DNA from: an uncultured Acidobacteriota bacterium
GTDB lineage: Bacteria > Acidobacteriota > Thermoanaerobaculia > Multivoradales > UBA5704
Length of the DNA: 64,000 nucleotides
Assembly (NCBI GenBank): GCA_963770895.1
Contig: CAVYRF010000002.1
Span: 3,840,001-3,904,000, forward strand
Direction: 5' to 3'
Part shown: one piece after another, positions 39,976 to 64,000 of the stretch
How the letters are laid out: each line of letters opens with the position of its first letter
Position numbering within the stretch: the stretch's first letter is position 1
Position numbers and translations under genes: made by a program
The notes under the pieces: model-generated
The model's input: the letters and a program-made list of their open reading frames with translations, nothing else
The model's database searches: none
Told to the model about the DNA's origin: nothing

Positions 39976-40269
39976 CGCAGGCGCGGCCGTGGATGCGCCA
40001 TCCGATGGAGGTGACCCAGGTGGGTTCCGACGAGAGAAGCAGAGGGGGGCGCACTGCGGCGGGCACCGCGATGCTTGGGGGGCTCTCGTGATCGGTCACG
40101 GCAGTGGGAAAGCGAGCCGACGACTTGCCCTTCCGAGGCTCCGTCAGGGCGAAGATTTGGTAGTTGCCGGTCGACTTCGACAGTACCATGCGCCGCGGCG
40201 AAGCCGAAATACCCGGCGGCCCTTCGCGGTATCCAGCGCGCCCGCCGCGGTGCGCCGCGGAAGGCCGCG

Positions 40270-43200
40270 GTGAGCGCGCCCGCCGTCCCCGGCCGCCCCA
40301 GCCCTGCCGTGGGCGCTCCTCCCCTGCCGGAGCCCTGGCGCTCGACCCTGCACGAGGTCGTGGCGCGGGCCCTGCGGCGCGACGGCGCAGCGTTGGATCC
40401 GTCCCGACCCCTGATCGCACAGGGCCTCGATTCGCTGGCCGCGTGCGAGATCGCGAGCGGAGTCGAGGCGGCTTTCGGCACCCCGCTCGACATCGCCTGC
40501 CTGCTCGACGGGGCGAGCCTGGCGGATGTCGCCGCAGCCGTGGCGAGCGGCGCGGCGCGCCCTCACGCGGCGAGCGGCCCGCCGGTGCCGCCGGTGCCGG
40601 CGGCCACCTTCGGCCAACGCGCGATCTGGTTCCTGCAACGCCTGGAGCCCGCGGCCGCCGCCTACAACCTGGCGGCGGCGTTCCGCGTCCGCTCGCCGCT
40701 CGACACGGCGGCCTTCGAGCGCGCCTGGACCGCCCTCGCGGCGCGCCACGAGGCGCTGCGCGCCAGCTTCCCGGCGGGCGACGGCGGCGAACCGGTGCTC
40801 CAGGTGGCGGCGGCGCCCAGCGCGGCGGTGGTCTCGGTGGACGCCTCGCCGTGGAGCGCCGGCGAGCTCGCCGCCGCCCTGGCCGACGCCGCCCATCGCC
40901 CCTTCGACCTCGAGCGCGGGCCGCTGCTGCGCGCCGAGCTCTTCGCCGCTGGCGTCCACGGCGACGCCTGCCTGCTGATCGCCTTTCACCACATCGTCAC
41001 CGACTTGCCGTCGCTGCGGATCCTGGCGCGCGACCTCGCCCGCCTCTACGAGCGCGAGCTGGCGGCCGGCGCCGGCCGGCCGCAGTTGCCGCCTGCCGCG
41101 GGAGGTGGGCTGGCGCGCTACGCCGCCTGGGAGGAGCGGCAAGCCCGCGGTCCCGACTCAGCCGCCCACTGGCGCTACTGGAGCGAAGCCCTGGGCGGCG
41201 ATCCGCCCGACCTCGATCTGCCGGCCGACCACCCGCGCCCACCGCGCCGCCGGTTCGCCGGCGCCGCCTGCCGCGCGCGGCTCGACCCGGCGCTGGCCGG
41301 CAGCGTCGCGGCGCTCGCTCGGCAGAGCGGCACGACGCTCTTTGCCGCGCTCCTGGCCGGCTTCCAGGCCGTCCTCCACCGCCACTCCGGGCTCGACGAC
41401 GTGCTGGTCGGCACGCCCGTCTCCTGCCGCGCCGCCGCCGGCGCCGGGGAGACCGTGGGATACCTGGTCAACCCGCTCGTGCTGCGCGGCCGCTTCGTCG
41501 CCGCCCCGGCGTTCGCCGGCACGCTCGCCGCCGCCCAGGCGGCGCTCGCCGGCGCGCTGCGCCACCAGGGACTGCCGCTGCCGCTGCTCGTCGAGCGCCT
41601 GCGCGCCGGCCGCGATGCCGCGCGCTCGCCGCTCTTTCAGGCGCTCTTCGTGCTCCACCGCGCCGCCGCCGGGGAGGCCGCCGCTGACGAGGCGCTGCTG
41701 GCCGGCCTCGCTCTCGGCGTCGCCGGCGAGCGCTGGGACCTGGGTGGCACCAGCCTTGAGACGGCGCCGCTCGCCACCCGCTCCAGCCAGCTCGATCTGT
41801 CGCTGGCGGCGGCCGAGCGCCGCGGCGAGATTGTGCTGCGGCTGGTGTTCGACAGCGACCTGTTCGATGGCGCCACCGCCGAGCGCCTGCTCGGCCACTT
41901 CCGCACGCTGCTCGCGGCGGCGGCGGCCGACCCCGGCCGCCGGGTGGCGGAGCTGCCGCTCCTCAGCCCCGGTGAGCGGTCCCAGCTCGCAGCATGGAAC
42001 GCCACCGAGGCGCCGTTCCGGCGCGCGGCGTGCGTGCACGAGCTGTTCGCGCAGCAGGCGGAGCGGACCCCCGCCGCGGTGGCGCTCCTCTGGGAGGAGG
42101 AGAGGATCACCTACCGCGAGCTGGCGGCGCGCGCCGCCGCGACGGCCGCCGGCCTGCGGGCCCTGGGCGTCGGGCTCGAGTCGCGCGTCGGCCTGCTGCT
42201 CGGGCGCACGCCGGAGCTGGTGGCGAGCCTTCTCGGCGCGCTCGCCGCCGGTGCCGCCTTCGTGCCGCTCGACGACCGCCTGCCGGCTCGCCGCCTGGCC
42301 TGGCTGGCGCGCGACGCCGCGCTCGCCGCCCTGGTGGTCGATGCCGGCACCGCCGGCTTGCTCCCCGACGTCGCGGTGCCCCGCCTGGTCTGCGGCGGCG
42401 CCCCCGTGGCCGCCGCTGGCGCGCCGCGGCCACGGGCGGCGCCCGACAACATCGCCTACGTTCTCTATACCTCGGGCTCGACCGGATGGCCGAAGGGCGT
42501 CGAGGTGCAGCAGCGGGCGCTGGTCAACATCCTCGAGCACCTGATGCGCGACACGGCGCTGGGGCCCGGCGACGTGGTGCTCTCGTTCACCACGCCGAGC
42601 TTCGACATCGGCATCCTCGAGCTGTTGCTGCCGCTCGTCGCCGGCGCCCGGCTCGACCTGGCGCCGGTCGCCACCGGGCGCGATGGAGCGGCTTTCGCCG
42701 CGGCCCTGGCCGCGCACCGTCCGACGCTCACCCAGGCCACGCCGGCGAGCTGGTCGCTGCTGCTGGAGGACCCGCCGCCGCGCCGCGCGGAGCTGCGGGC
42801 CTTTTGCGGCGGCGAGGCGATGAGCGGCGCCCTGGCGGACGGCCTGCGCGCCCTGGCCGGCCGCGCCTGGAACATGTACGGCCCCACCGAGACCGCGGTG
42901 TACTCGGTGATCTTCGAGCTGGCCGCGGGCGAAGGCGCGCCGCCCATCGGCCGGCCGGTCGCCAACACCCGCTGTCACCTGCTGAGCGCCGCCGGGGAGG
43001 CGGTTCCCACCGGCGTACCGGGCGAGCTGCACATCGCCGGCGACGGGGTGGCGCGCGGCTACCTCGGGCGCCCCGAGCTGACCGCCGAGCGCTTCCTGCC
43101 CGATCCGTTCTCGCCCGTTCCCGGCGGCCGCCTCTACCGCACCGGCGACCTCGCCCGCCGCCGCGCCGACGGCACCATCGACTACCTGGGACGGATCGAC

Positions 43201-46200
43201 CGCCAGGTAAAGATTCGCGGTAACCGCGTCGAGCTCGGCGAGGTCGAGGAGCGGTTGCGCGATCACCCCGGCGTGCGCGCCGCGATCGTCGCGGCGCGGC
43301 CTGACGCGGTTGGGGAGCCGCGCCTGGTCGCCTACTACCTGGCCGCCGTGCCACCCCCCGCTCCTGACGACCTGGCGCGGTTCCTGCGCGAGCGGTTGCC
43401 GGAGCCCATGGTCCCCGCGGCCTTCGTGGCGCTCGCCGCCTTGCCGCTGCTGCCGAGCGGCAAGGTGGACCTGCGCGCCCTGCCCGATCCGGTGCTGGCC
43501 ACCGCCGCCGACGGCGCGGCGCGCTCGCCGCTCGAGGAGTGGGTGCTCGCCATCTGGGCCGGCGTGCTGGGCGTCGCCGGCCTCGGCCGGCACGACAACT
43601 TCTTCGCCGCCGGCGGCCACTCGCTCAAGGCGGCGCAGGTGATCGCCCGGGTGCGCAAGGTCTTCGGCGTCGAGCTGCCGCTGCGCGACCTGTTCGAGGC
43701 CCCTACGGCGGCGGCCTTCGCGCGCCGCGTCGCGGCGGCGCGCGGCGGCGGCGCCCCGCTGCCGACGCCGGCCGGCGCCGAGGGCGCGCTCGCCGCGGCG
43801 GCGGGCGGCGCGGCGGATGTCTCGGCCGCCCAGCGCCGCCTCTGGCTGCTCGACCGCCTGCACCCCGGCCAGGCCGCCTACAACATGCCGGCCGCGCTGC
43901 ACCTTGCCGGCGTCCTCGACGTCGCCGCGCTCGCCGCGGCGCTGGGTGAGATCGTCCGCCGCCACGAGGTGCTGCGCACCCGCTATCCCGCGGTGGCAGG
44001 GGAGCCGCGGGCGGTGATCGAGCCCGTGCCCGATGTCCTGCTCGGCGTGGTCGACCTCTCCGCCCTGCCGCAGCCGGCGGCCGTAGCACACGGTATCGCC
44101 CGCGCCGAGGCGTCGCGGCCCTGCGACCTCGCCGCCGGACCGGTGCTCCGCTGCCGCCTGCTGTGCCTGGCGGCGGACTGCCACCTGCTGCTTGTCGCGG
44201 TGCATCACATCGCCGCCGACGGCGCGTCGCTCGCGCTCTTCGTCGCCGAGCTCGACGCGCTCTACACGGCGCTTGCCGCCGGCGCCGCGCCGCCGCTGCC
44301 GCCGCTGCCGCTGCGCTATGCGGACTTCGCGGCGTGGGAGCGGCGCGTGCTGACCGATGAGCTGCGCGAGCGCCACCTCGGCTACTGGCGCTCGCGGCTC
44401 GCCGCGGCAGAGGCGCTCGAGCTTCCCGCCGACCACCCGCGCCGTGCGCTCCCCGGCTTCCGCGGCGTGCGCGTCTCGGCGCGCCTGGGCCGCGGCGAGA
44501 CGGCGCAGGCCCTGGCGCTCGCCCGCCGCGAAGGTCTGACGCCGTTCGTCGTCCTCGCCGCGGCGTTAGCCCTGCTGCTTCACCGCTCCACCGGCCAGCG
44601 GCTGGTGATCGTCGGCACACCGTTCGACGGCCGCGACCGGGTCGAGCTGGAACCGCTGATCGGCCTCTTCGCGCAGCTCCTGCCGCTGCCGCTCAGCCTC
44701 GACGAGGCGGCGCCGGGCGTGGACCTGCTGCGCGCGGTGCGCGACCAGGTTCTCGCCGCCTGGGAGCACCGCCGCGTGTCGTTCGAGGCGCTGGCGCAGG
44801 AGGGGCTGGCGCCGCTGCCGCAGGCGACGCTGACCTGGGAGCGCGCCGCCGCGGCGCACCGCATCGGGCCGCTCGCGGCGCGCCTCGAAGAGGTGGAGAA
44901 CGGCTCCGCCAAGTTCGACCTCAGCCTGTTCGCGCGCGAAACGGGCGGCCAGCTGGCGCTGACCCTGGTGGCGAACGCCGACCTCTTTCTGCGCCCCACC
45001 GCGGCGCGCCTGCTCGGCCACCTCCAGCACCTGCTCGCCGCGCTCCTCGCGCAGCCCGAGCGGCCGCTGGCCGACCTGCCGCTGCTGAGCGCCGCCGAGC
45101 GCTGGCAGCTCCTGGGGGAGTGGAACGACACCGCCGGTCCCGCCGCCGCGGCCTTCGGCACGGTGTGCGACGCCTTCGAGGCGCAGGCGGCGAGCGCGCC
45201 GCACGCCGTGGCCGTCGCCCTCGACGCGGAGGTCCTGACCTACGGCGAGCTCGATCGCCGCGCCGGCCGGCTGGCGCGCCGCCTGCGCCGGCTCGGCGTC
45301 GCGCCGGAGACGCTCGTGGCCCTGCTGCTGCCGCGGTCGAGCGCACTGGTCCTGGCGGCCGTCGCGGTGCTCAAGGCGGGCGGCGCCTACCTGCCGCTCG
45401 ATCCGGAGCACCCGGCGGAGCGCGCCGCCGCCATGCTGGCGGACTCCGGCGCCCGCGTGCTGGTGACGGCGGCGGAAGCGGCCGCGGACCTTGCCTTTGC
45501 CGGCACCCGTCTGGACCTCGACCGCGTCCTCGCCGCCGCCGACGACGACGCCCCTGTCGAGGGCGCCGCGGCGCCCCGCCCCTCGCTCACCGCCGACAAC
45601 CTTGCCTACGTCGTCTACACCTCGGGCTCGACCGGGCGTCCCAAGGGGGTTGCGCTGTCTCAGGGCGGCCTCGCCAACCTGGTCGGCTGGCACCTCCGCG
45701 CCTACGGTGTCGAGCGCGCCGACCGCGCCACCCTGGTGGCGTCGCCGGCGTTCGACGCCTCGGTCTGGGAGATGTGGCCCTGCCTCTGCGCCGGGGCGAG
45801 CCTGGCCCCGCTGCCGGCCGCGCGTCTGGCGCCGCCCGCGGCGCTCGCCGCCGCGTTGGAGCGCCTGGCGGTGACGATCGCGTTTCTGCCCACGCCGCTC
45901 GCCGAGGCGCTGCTCGGCGAGCGAGGCACGGCGCTGCCGCCGTCGCTGCGCCTCCTGCTCACCGGCGGCGACCGCCTGCAACGCGCCTATGCCGCGGGTG
46001 CGACGCGCCTGGTGAACCACTACGGGCCGACCGAGGCGACCGTGGTGGCGACCGCGGCGCCGGTGGCCGCCGGCCGCCGCGGCGCCGCGCCGCCGCCGAT
46101 CGGGCGCCCGATCGAAAACCTTGCCGTCCACGTCCTCGACGGTCGCCTGCGGCCGGTCCCCATCGGCGTCGCGGGAGAGCTCCATGTCGCCGGCCGCGGC

Positions 46201-46974
46201 CTGGCGCGCGGCTACCTGCACCAGCCGGCGGCCACCGCCGACCGCTTCCGGCCGTCGCCGTTCGCCGCCGCCCCGGGCGAGCGCCTCTATCGCACCGGCG
46301 ACCGCGCGCGCCTGCTGGCGGACGGCAGCCTGGAGTTCCAGGGGCGCGCCGACCGCCAGGTGAAGATCCGCGGCGTGCGCATCGAGCCGGCGGAGATCGA
46401 AAGCCTGCTGCTCGCCCAGCCGGGGGTGCGCCAGGCCGTGGTTGCGGTGGCGGTGGACGCGCATCTCGGGCCGTTCCTCTGCGCCTACGTCGTGGCGCGC
46501 CACGCCGCCGCGCCGCCGGCCGCGGCCGAGCTGCGCACCGCCCTCCAGGCGGCGCTGCCCGCCGCCATGGTGCCCGCCGCCTTCGTGCTGCTGCCGGCGC
46601 TGCCGGTGAACGCCAACGGCAAGATCGACCTCGCGGCGTTGCCGGTGCCCGACCGCGCCGGCGACGGCGCGGCGTGCGACGACGGCACGCCGCCCGGCTC
46701 GGCGCTCGAAGAGATCCTGGCGGCGATCTGGTGCGAGCTGCTGGGGCGTCCCCAGGTCGGCATCCACGCCGATTTCTTCGCCCTGGGCGGCAACTCGCTA
46801 CAGACCGCCCGGCTGCAGGCGCGCATCCAGGAGGAGCTCGGCGTCGAGCTGCCGCTCGCCACGATCCTGCGCCGGACGACGATCGCACAGCTTGCCGAGG
46901 CGCTGGCCGAGCGGCTCGCCGCGAGCCTCGACGAGGAGACGTTGCAAAACCTTTTCAACCTCACCGGTCCGTGA
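40270..46974 (+). CDS. non-ribosomal peptide synthetase ACP-C-A-T-C-A-T
   Basis: GLDSL carrier (40423), HHIVTD and HHIAADG C motifs, two YTSGSTG..KGV / YGPTE / YRTGD A domains, GGHSL and GGNSL T domains; start GTG 40270 inferred (frame open from 40075). Confidence 0.95.
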   Translation: MSAPAVPGRPSPAVGAPPLPEPWRSTLHEVVARALRRDGAALDPSRPLIAQGLDSLAACEIASGVEAAFGTPLDIACLLDGASLADVAAAVASGAARPHAASGPPVPPVPAATFGQRAIWFLQRLEPAAAAYNLAAAFRVRSPLDTAAFERAWTALAARHEALRASFPAGDGGEPVLQVAAAPSAAVVSVDASPWSAGELAAALADAAHRPFDLERGPLLRAELFAAGVHGDACLLIAFHHIVTDLPSLRILARDLARLYERELAAGAGRPQLPPAAGGGLARYAAWEERQARGPDSAAHWRYWSEALGGDPPDLDLPADHPRPPRRRFAGAACRARLDPALAGSVAALARQSGTTLFAALLAGFQAVLHRHSGLDDVLVGTPVSCRAAAGAGETVGYLVNPLVLRGRFVAAPAFAGTLAAAQAALAGALRHQGLPLPLLVERLRAGRDAARSPLFQALFVLHRAAAGEAAADEALLAGLALGVAGERWDLGGTSLETAPLATRSSQLDLSLAAAERRGEIVLRLVFDSDLFDGATAERLLGHFRTLLAAAAADPGRRVAELPLLSPGERSQLAAWNATEAPFRRAACVHELFAQQAERTPAAVALLWEEERITYRELAARAAATAAGLRALGVGLESRVGLLLGRTPELVASLLGALAAGAAFVPLDDRLPARRLAWLARDAALAALVVDAGTAGLLPDVAVPRLVCGGAPVAAAGAPRPRAAPDNIAYVLYTSGSTGWPKGVEVQQRALVNILEHLMRDTALGPGDVVLSFTTPSFDIGILELLLPLVAGARLDLAPVATGRDGAAFAAALAAHRPTLTQATPASWSLLLEDPPPRRAELRAFCGGEAMSGALADGLRALAGRAWNMYGPTETAVYSVIFELAAGEGAPPIGRPVANTRCHLLSAAGEAVPTGVPGELHIAGDGVARGYLGRPELTAERFLPDPFSPVPGGRLYRTGDLARRRADGTIDYLGRIDRQVKIRGNRVELGEVEERLRDHPGVRAAIVAARPDAVGEPRLVAYYLAAVPPPAPDDLARFLRERLPEPMVPAAFVALAALPLLPSGKVDLRALPDPVLATAADGAARSPLEEWVLAIWAGVLGVAGLGRHDNFFAAGGHSLKAAQVIARVRKVFGVELPLRDLFEAPTAAAFARRVAAARGGGAPLPTPAGAEGALAAAAGGAADVSAAQRRLWLLDRLHPGQAAYNMPAALHLAGVLDVAALAAALGEIVRRHEVLRTRYPAVAGEPRAVIEPVPDVLLGVVDLSALPQPAAVAHGIARAEASRPCDLAAGPVLRCRLLCLAADCHLLLVAVHHIAADGASLALFVAELDALYTALAAGAAPPLPPLPLRYADFAAWERRVLTDELRERHLGYWRSRLAAAEALELPADHPRRALPGFRGVRVSARLGRGETAQALALARREGLTPFVVLAAALALLLHRSTGQRLVIVGTPFDGRDRVELEPLIGLFAQLLPLPLSLDEAAPGVDLLRAVRDQVLAAWEHRRVSFEALAQEGLAPLPQATLTWERAAAAHRIGPLAARLEEVENGSAKFDLSLFARETGGQLALTLVANADLFLRPTAARLLGHLQHLLAALLAQPERPLADLPLLSAAERWQLLGEWNDTAGPAAAAFGTVCDAFEAQAASAPHAVAVALDAEVLTYGELDRRAGRLARRLRRLGVAPETLVALLLPRSSALVLAAVAVLKAGGAYLPLDPEHPAERAAAMLADSGARVLVTAAEAAADLAFAGTRLDLDRVLAAADDDAPVEGAAAPRPSLTADNLAYVVYTSGSTGRPKGVALSQGGLANLVGWHLRAYGVERADRATLVASPAFDASVWEMWPCLCAGASLAPLPAARLAPPAALAAALERLAVTIAFLPTPLAEALLGERGTALPPSLRLLLTGGDRLQRAYAAGATRLVNHYGPTEATVVATAAPVAAGRRGAAPPPIGRPIENLAVHVLDGRLRPVPIGVAGELHVAGRGLARGYLHQPAATADRFRPSPFAAAPGERLYRTGDRARLLADGSLEFQGRADRQVKIRGVRIEPAEIESLLLAQPGVRQAVVAVAVDAHLGPFLCAYVVARHAAAPPAAAELRTALQAALPAAMVPAAFVLLPALPVNANGKIDLAALPVPDRAGDGAACDDGTPPGSALEEILAAIWCELLGRPQVGIHADFFALGGNSLQTARLQARIQEELGVELPLATILRRTTIAQLAEALAERLAASLDEETLQNLFNLTGP

Positions 46975-47005
46975 TCGTTCGCGGCCCGGTGCGGAAGGAG
47001 CAGAC

Positions 47006-47929
47006 ATGGATATGAAGAGATCGCTCACCACGTGTGGGAAGCTGTGCGGCATCCTGGTACTGGCCAGCCTGGCGCTGGCGAACGCCGCCTGCGCGGCGAC
47101 CCCAGATGCCGGCCTGGCCGGCATCTGGCAGGGCGCGATCATTTTTCAGCGAGGAATGATCGAAGGCGACATGGTGGTCAAGCTGTCGGCCGGCGGCGAC
47201 GGCAAGCTCGACGGTCTCTGCTCGCTGCCCGTCCTGGGCGTCAAGGATCACCCGATCACCGACGTCAAGACCAACGGCAAGCAGCTGTCCTTCGTCTACA
47301 CGGACAATACGGGAAGCTCTGTCGTGAACGTCTCCCTGGCGGCGGACGGGCAGCGCCTCGACGGCGAAATGGTGGAGAAGGACAAGCACTATCCGGTTTC
47401 TCTCAAGCGCACGACGGCCAAGGAGATGGCGCCGAGCGGCACGCTCCAGGTGCTGTCCAAGGATGCGCACGAGCTGCACCAGCGGTTCGATCAGGACGCC
47501 GGCAAGGTGCGCCTGGTGATCTTCGTGTCGCCGACCTGTCACAACTGCGTGCGGATGGTGCGGATGGTGCAGCGCTACCTGCTCGAAGCGGTGAGCGATC
47601 CGCGGCTGGCGGTCTACGTCGTCTGGGGGCCGATGCTGGACGGCGACTCGGCGGAGGCGGCGCGGCAGGCCATGGTGCACCTGACCGACCCCCGCGGCGT
47701 GCACTTCTGGGCGCCGAGCGCCGACCTGGCGCAGGAGTTCAGCCAGCCGCTGCACAGCGAGCGGCCGGCCTGGGACGTGGTCTTCTTCTTCGCGCCGGGA
47801 GCGCAGTGGAGCGATCCGCCGCGCCCCGCGGACTACGTCCACACCTTGGGCAAGCAGCTGCCGCTCGATCACCAGTTCGACGCCACCCAGCTGCAGGGCA
47901 AGTTCGAGAAGCTGGCGGCGGGCAAGTAG
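47006..47929 (+). CDS. secreted protein with C-terminal thioredoxin-like CxxC domain
   Basis: AAGGAG RBS, signal peptide, LAGIWQG beta domain, RFDQDAGKVRLVIFVSPTCHNC...PAWDV. Confidence 0.8.
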   Translation: MDMKRSLTTCGKLCGILVLASLALANAACAATPDAGLAGIWQGAIIFQRGMIEGDMVVKLSAGGDGKLDGLCSLPVLGVKDHPITDVKTNGKQLSFVYTDNTGSSVVNVSLAADGQRLDGEMVEKDKHYPVSLKRTTAKEMAPSGTLQVLSKDAHELHQRFDQDAGKVRLVIFVSPTCHNCVRMVRMVQRYLLEAVSDPRLAVYVVWGPMLDGDSAEAARQAMVHLTDPRGVHFWAPSADLAQEFSQPLHSERPAWDVVFFFAPGAQWSDPPRPADYVHTLGKQLPLDHQFDATQLQGKFEKLAAGK

Positions 47930-47957
47930 CGGCGTAGCGGCGCGGGCAAGGGCGCTC

Positions 47958-64000
<16,043 letters not shown>

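Overview
High-GC bacterial DNA. It is probably Acidobacteriota (Thermoanaerobaculia-like), inferred from the HTH-TPR paralogs, the duplicated MacB/FtsX permease and the 'LxLxRETL' peptide leaders. The window has four zones. (1) 1-8 kb: a regulatory cluster of XRE-HTH/TPR genes (one internally duplicated and frameshifted), a GNAT and two stand-alone Cys/His zinc-finger-like mini-genes. (2) 8-24 kb: an Rhs polymorphic-toxin system whose YD shell is split over two overlapping genes, each with its own signal peptide. One carries a C39 peptidase. The other carries Ig domains, the Rhs core and a toxin tip. A scrambled mosaic follows: an ISAzo13-family IS with a TTA duplication interrupting an immunity-like gene, a ~490-bp duplication and gene remnants. 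It ends in an in-frame TraF/S26 peptidase-class III lanthipeptide synthetase (LanKC) fusion and a secreted thioredoxin-like gene. (3) 24.6-37.3 kb: an operon of large secreted Ig/DNRLRE/LVIVD proteins coupled to a Tat-exported vanadium haloperoxidase, followed by three short Cys/Ser/Thr-rich RiPP precursor genes. (4) 37.4-64 kb: an ABC permease divergent from a lipopeptide-type NRPS cluster (ACP + at least 7 C-A-T modules, running off the window), including a fungal Lys2-like adenylation domain. Several single-base frameshifts could be assembly errors. All domain calls were made by eye from motifs; no searches were run.
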